Positions 48,497-57,799 of a stretch of 64,000 nt of DNA are shown here, one piece after another; position 1 is the first letter of the stretch; each line of letters starts with the position of its first letter. Source of the stretch: a virus. Position numbers and translations under genes: made by a program. The stretch is taken from the IMG/VR virus record IMGVR_UViG_3300033153_004457, positions 7,122 through 71,121 of that record, one strand, 5' to 3'. The notes under the pieces were generated by a model that was given only the letters and a program-made list of their open reading frames with translations, did no database searches and was not told where the DNA came from.

Positions 48497-50301
48497 TTTT
48501 CAACCTCGTCGTCTGGAAATTGGGCAGATGGATGTATGAGCGCATCGGCCAGCGGGTCGATGCCAAGCTCGATACCAAGGCTATGCAACAGTATCTTCTC
48601 GATCTTCTCGAATGCGTTACCGTCATCGGCCTTTGCTACCGGTTGCTTTGGCACTTGTCCGGAATTCGGTGCGACCGTTCCCGTTTGTTGGTTTCCTGCT
48701 GTAGCTCCTGCGAGACCGACGAGAGTAAGGGAAAGTGGAATGTCAGGATCGAAACCGTGTTTGTCTTTGTCGTATTTCGGTATCTCACGTCCGAGAACAT
48801 CGCTCATAACTTCGACTGCGAGATTCGGAGATACCGCGCCCGCCTTGTCGGTTCCAAGAATCTTCACAAGGTCTTGGTCGTTCGTGACGTTCGCGCTGTT
48901 CGACTTGAACGTGTGGTGCTTCATGTTGAATTCGGTTCGCAAGAAACGATTCATCCATACATCGAAGTCACCGCGCTCTGGGCTGAACACTTGCTCATCC
49001 GCGAGCTTCCGGCTTTCCTGTGCGGTCGAGCGGTTGTAGTCTTCCGACTTGCCAACGAAGATCGGGGGCAACCGAAAAGACCGGCGTACCTTTTCGCCGT
49101 TGTTCTTGTCGTAATCCTGAAAGAGTTGGTCTTCTTTCTGTGCGCCCGACACATCTTTGATTTCCATCTTCATCGTGCCGGGGTTGATCTGTCCTTCTTC
49201 TGCGGGTTCGGCCTCGATGATAAGGACGCTTGAGCGGTTACTGTTGCCCGCTACACGGGTTTCGATGAACTCTTCGACACGCTTTACACTGTCGCCTGTG
49301 AGCTGTCCGTTAGACACCAAGATAATCATGGAAGGAATGTTATTGTTCTCGAACGTCACGAAGTTGATTTCGTCCGCGCTTCGGGAACCGTATATGCTAA
49401 AGAGGTTTCCGATGAATCGCGGTAAGCAATACGGCGTTCGCGATGACTTGATGGCACCGAAAGTCTTGGCCGAATTCGCATACGGCTTGCTCACTTTCGT
49501 GCCGTCTTTCAGTGTTCCGTTCGTGACGGCTTGACCGGTCTTCGGGTCGATGTCCCGTGGGTCTCCCCACTCTTTCAAATAAACAATTTTCTCGGCTACC
49601 TTGTGTGCGATGCGACGAAAACGTTTCTTGAAACGCCGCTCTTCCATTTTCTTGGTAGACTTGTTGTAATACTTGATACGAGCTTCCGTGAACTCCTTGT
49701 CCATCTTGGTCCAGCGGGCAAGGTGCGGTTCGATTCGCATCAAGGAACTCACACCGGCTTTCTTAGCATACGGTATGATTTCCCACCAGCCATCACCCGT
49801 CTCTTCGGTGTCCTGGCGTGTCATCTTTCTCAGCTTGGTAATGTCCTCGTCGAAGTTCACGTTGTCGAGAAACCCTTCGAGGTTTCCACGCTCTGCTAGA
49901 ACTTCCTTTTTGATCGCAGCGGTTCTTTCGGCTTCGTCCATGGCCGTCTCTACCAGGCGATACCCGAACCCGTCGATGTTCGTAACCATCGCATCAACGC
50001 ACTGTCCAAGCTCTGTATTATTTTCACGAAGCGTGGAAAGGTGGAGCGTCGGGTACGGTGGGTGAATGATATTGCCGTGACCGCTGAACGCCGGGTCTTG
50101 CTCCATCTGTTGTGATTGCTCTTCGCCAAGCGCCCTGACAATGGTGGCTTTCAGAACCTTCATGTTTTCGTGACTTTGCTTGGAACCGCTACCCGCTACT
50201 TTACCGACTGCGGTTACGCTTCCCTTTGATGCGCTGTCGACCTTTGCTGGTACGGCTGACGCCGATAGTTTCGCCGGTGCTGGTTTCGTTTTTCGAGCCA
50301 T
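48493..50301 (-). CDS. Portal protein (PBSX-like)
   Basis: TGDGWWEI, FENNNIPSMIILVSNG, FRLPPIFVGKSEDYNRSTA; start moved to MARKTKP. Confidence 0.9.
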   Translation of the reverse strand: MARKTKPAPAKLSASAVPAKVDSASKGSVTAVGKVAGSGSKQSHENMKVLKATIVRALGEEQSQQMEQDPAFSGHGNIIHPPYPTLHLSTLRENNTELGQCVDAMVTNIDGFGYRLVETAMDEAERTAAIKKEVLAERGNLEGFLDNVNFDEDITKLRKMTRQDTEETGDGWWEIIPYAKKAGVSSLMRIEPHLARWTKMDKEFTEARIKYYNKSTKKMEERRFKKRFRRIAHKVAEKIVYLKEWGDPRDIDPKTGQAVTNGTLKDGTKVSKPYANSAKTFGAIKSSRTPYCLPRFIGNLFSIYGSRSADEINFVTFENNNIPSMIILVSNGQLTGDSVKRVEEFIETRVAGNSNRSSVLIIEAEPAEEGQINPGTMKMEIKDVSGAQKEDQLFQDYDKNNGEKVRRSFRLPPIFVGKSEDYNRSTAQESRKLADEQVFSPERGDFDVWMNRFLRTEFNMKHHTFKSNSANVTNDQDLVKILGTDKAGAVSPNLAVEVMSDVLGREIPKYDKDKHGFDPDIPLSLTLVGLAGATAGNQQTGTVAPNSGQVPKQPVAKADDGNAFEKIEKILLHSLGIELGIDPLADALIHPSAQFPDDEVEK

Positions 50302-50381
50302 GCTTTTCTCCGTCGTTGGTGTTCCCGTCGTGAACATTCAAATTACATTTAGGATACATCGCTTTCTGACATCCTTCAATA

Positions 50382-51869
50382 TCATATTACGCCGAACGTT
50401 TTTCGTGGCTTTCTCATTCGCAGGAACGACCCCATTACCGCGAAGTCCAGAGCGTCGAACTCATCGTCGTGTTCCGCGTCTGGAAATGCTATCAAGTTAT
50501 CTGTAAACTCAGCCACGCCGTATTTTGGAAAGTACATGAGGCCGTTCTCGAACTTGGCAGAGAGCCGCCACGCCCGTACCACCTTGTCCTTGTGGGTCCA
50601 GAACGGTTTCACTGGTACGTCTGTCAACGCTGCAAGAATTTGAGCTTGCGAATCCTGGTACGCGTTCGATTCGATGAAGACCCGTAACGGGTGGTACTGG
50701 TCGCTCTTCTGTCTTATCTTCGAGAAGGTCTGCAAGAAAGACAGGCGTTCGTGGAACATGTCGATCAGAAACATTTGACCGAATTCGTTTTTACCAATTG
50801 TCGCAATCGCAACGAAATCGGCACTTTCCTTTTGAGATATGGCGAGGTCAACGCCCATGAAAATACGAAGGTCCGGTGGTATGATTTCATAGTGTTTGAT
50901 GTGCTCATACTTGAATATTTTACCTTCCATTCCATCGGTATTGTTCTGATAGCCCGCATCGAAGATGATCTTGCCAGACGTGCGCCGCTTGGCCTTCAGC
51001 CATTCGATACTCAACTTTTCTTCCCAAATCGATTCGCCGTTCGGTCGTATCGCCGGGTAGATATTGTAAACGAAATCCATTTCGCTTGGATTGCTAATCG
51101 GCATGCGCTTACCGTCTTCACCTCTAACGGAGGAAACGGAAATCAGGTACTCGTACAGGTCGTTCGGGTAATACCGTGTACCATGACCCCACATCCGGCC
51201 ACCGGGTTCGAGTGTCGGGTCGAGAACTTTGAGATACCATATGCGGAGTTTTTCGCGCTGCAATTCGGTGCGCGAATTCTCTTCGTCTACGAGGTCGTCG
51301 AACAGTATCAAATCATAGTGACGACCGACGACAGCGCCGCCAACACCGAGACACGTAATGTTCGATTCCTTTGCGAAGATTTTACGTTCCTTGACGTTGA
51401 TCTCATCGTTGGACCACTTGTTACCCTTCATGTTGCCGAACATCATGATAAACTTTTCATTCGATTCCATGTGATTGACAATCTCACGCAGGAATACTTC
51501 GGCTTGGGTTTGAGTGTTCGACGATATGAGGATTCGTATATTTGGGTTTCTCAGTAGCTCGTAGAGGGCGCGTGCTGCAACGAGTGCAGTTGATTTACCA
51601 ACACCACGAGGTGCGAGTACGAGTGTTCTGTAATGCCTTTCCTGTCTGCGGAGCATGAGGCGGTGGCACTGTGCTACCTGATAGCCAAGGACTTCCTTCA
51701 TCAATATACATACGCGCTCATACGCCGGGATGTCATCGCCTAGTATCAGGTCGCGTAGCTCATCGACTTCGGCAGAGCGCAACATATTTAATGCGCGTTC
51801 GTCCTCTTCTCTTTCTTCAAGTGCCTTGTCGATGTCGGGCGCTTGCTCTGTGTCGTGCGCCTCACTCAT
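50382..51869 (-). CDS. terL: Terminase large subunit
   Basis: Walker A APRGVGKS, Walker B LILFDD, GTRY, GVDLA, HDDEFDA nuclease motifs. Confidence 0.93.
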   Translation of the reverse strand: MSEAHDTEQAPDIDKALEEREEDERALNMLRSAEVDELRDLILGDDIPAYERVCILMKEVLGYQVAQCHRLMLRRQERHYRTLVLAPRGVGKSTALVAARALYELLRNPNIRILISSNTQTQAEVFLREIVNHMESNEKFIMMFGNMKGNKWSNDEINVKERKIFAKESNITCLGVGGAVVGRHYDLILFDDLVDEENSRTELQREKLRIWYLKVLDPTLEPGGRMWGHGTRYYPNDLYEYLISVSSVRGEDGKRMPISNPSEMDFVYNIYPAIRPNGESIWEEKLSIEWLKAKRRTSGKIIFDAGYQNNTDGMEGKIFKYEHIKHYEIIPPDLRIFMGVDLAISQKESADFVAIATIGKNEFGQMFLIDMFHERLSFLQTFSKIRQKSDQYHPLRVFIESNAYQDSQAQILAALTDVPVKPFWTHKDKVVRAWRLSAKFENGLMYFPKYGVAEFTDNLIAFPDAEHDDEFDALDFAVMGSFLRMRKPRKTFGVI

Positions 51870-52066
51870 GTGCGAATTTCCACCTTCTCCAAACGCTTGC
51901 CAAGCGCGGCGTTCAGCAGACCACTGAGTGTGATTCTACCGTTCGTCTTGCCGTCTTTCGCAAGCTGATTGTTCTTGATGGTAACGTATAACATCGCCTT
52001 GTTCTTTAGGTCGATGTCCATGTTGAATGTGGTGGGTACTGTTTTATTCCCCTTGGCCCTTGTCAT
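51866..52066 (-). CDS. Ribbon-helix-helix-like DNA-binding protein
   Basis: TTFNMDIDLK...TLSGLLNAAL; GGAGG SD; coupled to terL. Confidence 0.5.
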   Translation of the reverse strand: MTRAKGNKTVPTTFNMDIDLKNKAMLYVTIKNNQLAKDGKTNGRITLSGLLNAALGKRLEKVEIRT

Positions 52067-52163
52067 TGTTTCCTCCATTCGTATTGCCGTATGTAGATAA
52101 ATACAGCAATAGAATGTGGAATGTCAAGGAGAGTGTTTCACGGTGGGCTGTGACGCGGGAGTA

Positions 52164-52200
52164 CCGGTCGACCTCGCCATGCACTAACGAGGTCGACCGG
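52164..52200. repeat. Perfect 13-bp inverted repeat (CCGGTCGACCTCG-11 nt-CGAGGTCGACCGG)
   Basis: Seen directly, intergenic at the middle/late boundary. Confidence 0.8.
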
Positions 52201-52213
52201 AGAGAGGAACCGC

Positions 52214-52678
52214 CTAGAATTCGATAGGCGGTAACATGGCTGGTGGTAGGTGCTTTGCGAGACTTACGAAATTGTGAATGAATTGTCTTGCGTGCTCTTC
52301 CGTTGCGTACAAGGTGCTGGTCAGGTCGTAGCGGTCGACACCGACACGTTCGCCGCGCCTGATGGCGGGCCAGTGTGGGACCGCTTCGGGTTTCTCGTAG
52401 AGCTTCCAGTGGTGTCGCTCTGCATCGAAGGTGCGGACGTGTGATTTACCAATCACGCATCGGTCGCGGTTCTTCATCGTCCTACCCCACTTGAGAGCCC
52501 AACCGTACACCTTGCCGCCGCTGAACCCTATGATGTGGACGATGGAACCGTTTTCGCTGACGGCATCGAATTCGTGTTTGTTCATCTCCCATATGAAGCC
52601 GAGAGGAACCCACGTTTCGTCGTTGCCAAGGTTATACTTTTCTTGAATCGAATCTGTGTTCACGTTGCCTCCTTTCAT
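52214..52678 (-). CDS. Hypothetical protein
   Basis: Coupled to ligase stop; true start may be a few codons downstream. Confidence 0.55.
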   Translation of the reverse strand: MKGGNVNTDSIQEKYNLGNDETWVPLGFIWEMNKHEFDAVSENGSIVHIIGFSGGKVYGWALKWGRTMKNRDRCVIGKSHVRTFDAERHHWKLYEKPEAVPHWPAIRRGERVGVDRYDLTSTLYATEEHARQFIHNFVSLAKHLPPAMLPPIEF

Positions 52679-54459
52679 AGCATTGCGAGAAATTCGTCTT
52701 CGGTGATGACTTGTACGTTTGCGGCGGTCGCCTTCTTGAGCTTGCTACCAGGCTTTTGCCCAACGATGAGGTAGTCCAGAGACTTACCGAAACCTTTCGG
52801 TTCGCCACCGTGTTCTCGTATGAGTCCTTCGTAGTGCGAGCGCGGTTCTCGAAGCGAACCGGTGATGCAGAACTTGAGGCCGGTGAGCTTCTGTTCTCCA
52901 CGGTGTTCGGTGCGGCCTGTGGTCCCTAGTGAAGCGAGGGTTTCAACGGTCGGTAACTTGAGCCGCAAACCCGTCCACATCCGTTCGGCCAAGGTGTCTC
53001 CGATACCGTCGAGCTTTTCGAGGTCGATTTGAGAGAGCTTGTAGAGGTCTTGAAACGTCTCACACTTGTGAGCCTTGATTGCGTAGTTCCAAACGGTCGA
53101 GCCGATTTCTTGGACGTTCAGAGCGCCCATGAACACGTCGAGTGGAATCTCTTTGAACACCTGAAAGGCAAGGATTTTACGAGCCGTGTGAACGCTGACA
53201 CTACAGGCGTGCATCACATCGCGGTCGGTCAGATTGTAGAGCTTCAGGAGGTCGCCGTAACCCTTACTTGGACAGTCAATACCCGAACACCGAAGGAACG
53301 CACCCTCTCGTTTAGTGGGACCGCTACAGATAGGACACTCCGTAGGAACGAGGTCCATCACATCGTACAGGGTGCGCTCTTCTTCCTCTGCCGTGAGACT
53401 GCGTTCGACGTGCGGTATGACATCACCTCTACGGCTTACTATCACCCGATCACCGGGTATGATTTTCATCTTCTCCATGCTGTTCAAGTTGTGCAGTGTC
53501 GGTCGCTTCACTGTTACGCCAAGGTCGACCGGTTCGATTACTGCCATAGGGGTCATGGTCCCGTGAGTTCCTTCCATACTCCACTCGATTTCGTTGAGCG
53601 TGGTTTCGGCTTCTTGGTAAGGGAACTTGACACAGACCTTGAAGCGCGGCCTCTTCTGGTTGTCGTGTCCAAGCTCGACCTGATGAGTTGCACCGTCAAC
53701 GCACAGCACCAGGCCGTCCACATCGAAGTTGATTTCGGCCCGCATGTCAAGTGCCTTGCCGTATTGATACACAAGCTCTTCAAAGGTATGGATAACGCTG
53801 TATTCCACGTACAAGAAGCCGAACGCGTTCAGGTCGTCGAATACCTTTTTCTCGTTCCTCTCTATGCCGTCATAGATACCGTAATACATGAGGGTGAGAT
53901 ATTTGCAGTTCCTACCGTCGAGCGCCTTCGCAGCGCCACACGCTCCGTTCCGCTTGTTCGCATATGGGTTGCGGTCCATCGTCTCACCGATGTACGAATC
54001 GTAATCATCCTGTGTCATAACGATTTCAGCGGACAGGTCGCCGGTCATCGGTCTGTCAAGTTTCGGCCTTACGTTCTGCATCTTCAGGACGTTCCGCGTG
54101 ATGTCTTCACCGTACTCTTCATCGCCCTTGGTAACGGCTCTCACAAGGTTCCCGTGGTTATAGGTCAGTCGAATGCTGATACCATCGTACTTCCAACTCC
54201 CTGTCAGTAGCGGCGTTCCGGCCTTCGAGTACCACACGCGAAGCGCGGTGAAGTCTTGGTTTCCCTCGTCGTCGAAGGTCGGAACCTTGTCCAGCGAAGC
54301 CATCGGCCTTTCGTGCTTCGCCTTCTCCCACGGGGAGTTCAGAGGAATGGTTGAACTATTTGCGTTTGCGCCGTACCGCTTGTCGTACTCCTGATCGGTC
54401 ATGATCGGCTTTTCCTCTGCGTATGCGTTGTCTGCGTCTTTCTTTTTTACGAATCCCAT
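52675..54459 (-). CDS. ligA: NAD-dependent DNA ligase
   Basis: DQEYD, PMASLDK, KYDG, DGLVL, TLHN, RRGDVIP, CPIC...C...C Zn finger, C-terminal BRCT. Confidence 0.93.
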   Translation of the reverse strand: MGFVKKKDADNAYAEEKPIMTDQEYDKRYGANANSSTIPLNSPWEKAKHERPMASLDKVPTFDDEGNQDFTALRVWYSKAGTPLLTGSWKYDGISIRLTYNHGNLVRAVTKGDEEYGEDITRNVLKMQNVRPKLDRPMTGDLSAEIVMTQDDYDSYIGETMDRNPYANKRNGACGAAKALDGRNCKYLTLMYYGIYDGIERNEKKVFDDLNAFGFLYVEYSVIHTFEELVYQYGKALDMRAEINFDVDGLVLCVDGATHQVELGHDNQKRPRFKVCVKFPYQEAETTLNEIEWSMEGTHGTMTPMAVIEPVDLGVTVKRPTLHNLNSMEKMKIIPGDRVIVSRRGDVIPHVERSLTAEEEERTLYDVMDLVPTECPICSGPTKREGAFLRCSGIDCPSKGYGDLLKLYNLTDRDVMHACSVSVHTARKILAFQVFKEIPLDVFMGALNVQEIGSTVWNYAIKAHKCETFQDLYKLSQIDLEKLDGIGDTLAERMWTGLRLKLPTVETLASLGTTGRTEHRGEQKLTGLKFCITGSLREPRSHYEGLIREHGGEPKGFGKSLDYLIVGQKPGSKLKKATAANVQVITEDEFLAML

Positions 54460-54554
54460 CGTCGTCTACTCCTATCATTGATTTGATTTGTCCGAACCAT
54501 CCTTCGTGCGGCTTACCGCAGAGGTCGCAGAACGGTTCGATTGTAAAAACATGT

Positions 54555-55070
54555 TCACAGCTCATGCGTTTCTCCGTAGTCGATGCGGTAGCGAGTTCCC
54601 CGCGTTCCCTTGTGCTGCATCCGTTTCATCAGTTCGACCTCTGCGCGTTTCCGCACGAGGTCTTCCCAACCGGGCGTTCGCTCGATGTCCTTGATGTCCA
54701 GTAGAAAGAAATGTCGACCGAACGCGTGAACGATTACGGCCTCACCTCGAACAACTTGAGCTTTCTGTTTCAGTGTCATGTTACAGCCCGAATATTTCAC
54801 ACCGTCTACGCGCACCCGCGCACCCGCACGCGAGCGCATGCGAGGTGCTATGTTCTCTTCTTTAGTCCGCTGTGCTTTGTGTGCTTCGGCTCTGTCGAGC
54901 GTTTCGATTCTGGCCCGTTGCTCGTTGGTGAGTTCGTCGCCGGTCGCTTCAACCTCGTCGTAAAAGTCATCTAAGAAAGGAACCGTTTTACCTATCGGGT
55001 TGATGAGCGAACCGCCGCAGTCTAGACTTACGAAGAGCTTACCGCTTCTGCGGTTTCTGTAAAAGTCCAC
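54555..55070 (-). CDS. Hypothetical protein
   Basis: GTG start with AGGAG SD. Confidence 0.55.
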   Translation of the reverse strand: MDFYRNRRSGKLFVSLDCGGSLINPIGKTVPFLDDFYDEVEATGDELTNEQRARIETLDRAEAHKAQRTKEENIAPRMRSRAGARVRVDGVKYSGCNMTLKQKAQVVRGEAVIVHAFGRHFFLLDIKDIERTPGWEDLVRKRAEVELMKRMQHKGTRGTRYRIDYGETHEL

Positions 55071-55079
55071 ACCGCTCTC

Positions 55080-55406
55080 CTATTCGCTGTCGTCTGTGAT
55101 CCCCTTGCGCCTTATGTTGCAGTCGTTCAGGTCGACCGTCCAATCGGGCACGTATTCGCGTGTCGAGAATCCTTGGTTGAGCCAGAGTCCACCGTTCATG
55201 ACTGTCGGGTGATGTTTCTGATCGAACACGATTGCCTGTCGCGTGATGTAAAGGCCGGTGTCCTTACTTACATGCGGATAACCGCCAACCTCGACCACGT
55301 TGTCGAAATCCGGTATGGCCTTTTCGTACAGGCCGATGGTGTAATCCCGTTGATGTTCGGCCTTCTCAAACACTTCGTCTATCTGTTCTTTGGTTAGGTT
55401 CGCCAT
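55080..55406 (-). CDS. Hypothetical protein
   Basis: Start moved to MANLTKEQ (GGGAG SD). Confidence 0.6.
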   Translation of the reverse strand: MANLTKEQIDEVFEKAEHQRDYTIGLYEKAIPDFDNVVEVGGYPHVSKDTGLYITRQAIVFDQKHHPTVMNGGLWLNQGFSTREYVPDWTVDLNDCNIRRKGITDDSE

Positions 55407-55427
55407 GTCGTTCTCCCGCGAGGGCGC

Positions 55428-55449
55428 ACGCGGGCGCATGCGCCCGCGT
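55428..55449. repeat. Perfect 22-bp palindrome ACGCGGGCGCATGCGCCCGCGT
   Basis: Seen directly, intergenic. Confidence 0.85.
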
Positions 55450-55460
55450 ATGACCTCTTG

Positions 55461-56321
55461 TTAGGCTGCAATTCTCATGTCCTCGAATTGCCTGTCGATC
55501 TTCTGACCGTACTGGATTCGTGCGTCTATGCTTTCGACGTTGTGTGTGATAACCGCTGTCATCACGTTGTAAAAATCGTATTGCGACTTGTGTTCGACCT
55601 GTCCTTCAATGCTCACACCAGCATGAACCCACGCTTCTGCTTTCTCCAAATGTTTCAGAGGGATGATTTTTTCTTCCTTCCACTCGCCGATCTGTTCTAT
55701 CATGGCGGCGGGTAGCATTGGGACTTCTTCGTATCGTTTGAACCGCTCTACGAACTGGTCACGATAGAAGTGAATTCCGTCTTCAACCAAGCGGCTGATT
55801 TCGTCAAGCTCTACACCCTTTGTGTGTCGGTGATAATAGCCGCCTTCGCGGTCCATACTCACCATTCCGTTTGTACAGATAAGCCGCTCGCCACCGTATA
55901 TCACACGAAAGCCGGTCGAGCCATCATAGCTGTTATCGGCGAACAATTTGAACCGCACGACATCACCGACTTTCGGAGTGATCGGTTCTTCGATTCCTGG
56001 GAACGAATAGTCCATGTGGATTCTCGCACCGTCATTGTAGCTCAACAGTTTTTCCTTGTATTCAATTCCGAGCTTGTCGAGCGCACCGTGTATGCGGTGG
56101 ATGATTTCGTCGTGTTGAATGATGTGATATTTCGGTGTGACAATGTTGAACACTCGGCTGTCCTCCATGTCCACCACCGCGTTCCATCCTTCGAGAGCTG
56201 CACCGATGTCATTGATTTTTGCGATGTCCACGAGCTTGGCTTTCGGGACTTGAATCAATGAGGTCTTCTCTTGTCCGGGTTGCACTACAGGCGTGATGTC
56301 GATTATGTTGTTTTCTGCCAT
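55461..56321 (-). CDS. DUF932 family protein
   Basis: KYHIIQHDE, NSYDGSTG, RLICTNGMV, HRH; start moved to MAENNII. Confidence 0.85.
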   Translation of the reverse strand: MAENNIIDITPVVQPGQEKTSLIQVPKAKLVDIAKINDIGAALEGWNAVVDMEDSRVFNIVTPKYHIIQHDEIIHRIHGALDKLGIEYKEKLLSYNDGARIHMDYSFPGIEEPITPKVGDVVRFKLFADNSYDGSTGFRVIYGGERLICTNGMVSMDREGGYYHRHTKGVELDEISRLVEDGIHFYRDQFVERFKRYEEVPMLPAAMIEQIGEWKEEKIIPLKHLEKAEAWVHAGVSIEGQVEHKSQYDFYNVMTAVITHNVESIDARIQYGQKIDRQFEDMRIAA

Positions 56322-56475
56322 GTCGTTTTTCCTCCTTGGGGTTGATGTGTCTGGCGAGCGCGTCCACCATGCCCTGTCGTGTATCACTTGAGGCCGTAAG
56401 GCCAGCGAGACTAACGAGGGCGCGTAATGTTTCGTCGCTCTGACTTTCGATGTCGTTCATTGTCGGTCTACTCAT
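56209..56475 (-). CDS. Small helical protein (Rho-N/SAP-like)
   Basis: LRALVSLAGL...RQGMVDAL; ATGA-coupled upstream but overlaps the DUF932 start. Confidence 0.35.
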   Translation of the reverse strand: MSRPTMNDIESQSDETLRALVSLAGLTASSDTRQGMVDALARHINPKEEKRHGRKQHNRHHACSATRTREDLIDSSPESQARGHRKNQ

Positions 56476-56747
56476 GCTGTTTTCCTTTGCGGTGTGCTCA
56501 CCGTGTGCATGGTCAGCATATCGTAGAAGCCGCGACGAACGCGAGGTTTGGGTTCTGGTGAGTGTTCAAAGTAATAGCGTGCGACCTGTTTAGAATCGCG
56601 TGGCTCGACCTGAACGACCGGGTTGATGAGCTTGCACCCTTCGCGATAGGTGAGGACGCCAAACACGCCGTAACACCGCTCACAAAAGAATACACCGCTC
56701 GAACCAGGCTTGGCCGTACCCTCTCCTTTACATAACGGACAGTTCAT
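56472..56747 (-). CDS. Zn-ribbon protein
   Basis: MNCPLC...CERC. Confidence 0.55.
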   Translation of the reverse strand: MNCPLCKGEGTAKPGSSGVFFCERCYGVFGVLTYREGCKLINPVVQVEPRDSKQVARYYFEHSPEPKPRVRRGFYDMLTMHTVSTPQRKTA

Positions 56748-56767
56748 ATGGAGCCTTCTCAGACGCG

Positions 56768-56794
56768 AAAAAGGGAGCGCGAACGCTCCCTTTT
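56768..56794 (-). terminator. Rho-independent terminator
   Basis: AAAAGGGAGCG-TTCG-CGCTCCCTTTTT. Confidence 0.85.
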
Positions 56795-56829
56795 CAAGTC
56801 CTGTTGTCTGTGGTTCAATACATACGGCT

Positions 56830-57525
56830 CTACTTTACGGTCGAGGCCACGAGCTTCGCATTCAGTGCGGCGGTCTTTCCTTTGACCACATTCAGAGCGT
56901 CCATCAACTCAGTACGCTCTGTTTCGAGTTCGGCCAGTTCGTCCATGAGCGGCTTGTTCTCTTCTGTCCCGATGAGTTCGAGCCATGATTTTTCGCTTAC
57001 CAGGTTCGCTTCGATGACTTCGAGGGTGTCCGACTGTTCGACATAGGACACGACCGGTTGAACGCTCATGGGGTCTTCTACAGCGGCGGTCTTGAGGACT
57101 TCGAGAGCTTTGTCGAAACCCTCGACCGTTGCGACCTTGAATCGATCTGCTTTGATATTCTTGATGAAAATCACGACCGTTGCGGTTGTCATGTCGATCA
57201 TTCGATTTCCCGGTTTGAACCCCTTTTTGGCTCTGAACGTTCTGACCTCTCGCCATTGCTGGCGGGTGATATCTGTCATTTTGCCGGTGTAAGTCGCAGG
57301 GTCGAATTTCTCGCCGGTCGCGGTCTCTTCATTATGCTTTGCGGCGGCGGTCGCCAGTTGCTCGTCAGCGGTCGGTTGAGCGGTCTCGGTCTCGGTCTCG
57401 GTCTCGGTCGTCGTTTCAGCGGCGGCGGTCTCGGTCGTCGTTTGAGCGGCTTTGGTCGCCAGGTCAGCGGCGGCGGTCGGTTTCGCCTGTGGTGCGGGTT
57501 TCAGTTTGGTGGTTTTTCTGCTCAT
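56830..57525 (-). CDS. Early hypothetical protein (Ala/Thr/Glu-rich N-terminus, coiled-coil C-terminus)
   Basis: AAGGAG SD, own promoter and terminator; GAGACC tandem repeats encode ETETET. Confidence 0.7.
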   Translation of the reverse strand: MSRKTTKLKPAPQAKPTAAADLATKAAQTTTETAAAETTTETETETETAQPTADEQLATAAAKHNEETATGEKFDPATYTGKMTDITRQQWREVRTFRAKKGFKPGNRMIDMTTATVVIFIKNIKADRFKVATVEGFDKALEVLKTAAVEDPMSVQPVVSYVEQSDTLEVIEANLVSEKSWLELIGTEENKPLMDELAELETERTELMDALNVVKGKTAALNAKLVASTVK

Positions 57526-57674
57526 GTCGTCTATCTCCTTTTAGGGTTGACTTGAAATCGTCCCATCAAGCGGCCTCTGGTCGTCGTGAGACGGTCTAGG
57601 CTCTGAAAGCGGCCACTCGTCGGGGTCTAAAGATAATCGGCTCTGAGCGCCCTCACGAGGACGAACAGAGCGTG

Positions 57675-57703
57675 TATATACCGTGGTTTAAATGGTATGT
57701 CAA
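57675..57703 (-). promoter_or_regulatory. Sigma70-like promoter
   Basis: TTGACA-17 bp-TATATA with AT-rich upstream. Confidence 0.65.
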
Positions 57704-57742
57704 ATTTATTCGAGAGAGGGTTTAACCCACTGTTTTCAAACG

Positions 57743-57777
57743 AAAAAAAAGACGCTCCAAATGGAGCGTCTTTCTTT
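57743..57777 (-). terminator. Rho-independent terminator
   Basis: AAAGACGCTCCA-TT-TGGAGCGTC followed by T8. Confidence 0.85.
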
Positions 57778-57799
57778 ATCGAGCTGTGTTGTCTGGCGT

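Noticed and set aside
494-52066. Genome-wide TAG recoding
   Set aside because: Conserved genes are full length in code 11, several TAG junctions are out of frame, and downstream genes have their own SD and ATG
52080-52213. tRNA in the intergenic gap
   Set aside because: Only a single hairpin; no cloverleaf, T-loop or acceptor stem
57382-57440. GGTCTC tandem repeats as CRISPR or contingency locus
   Set aside because: In-frame hexamers encoding an ETETET linker; no spacers
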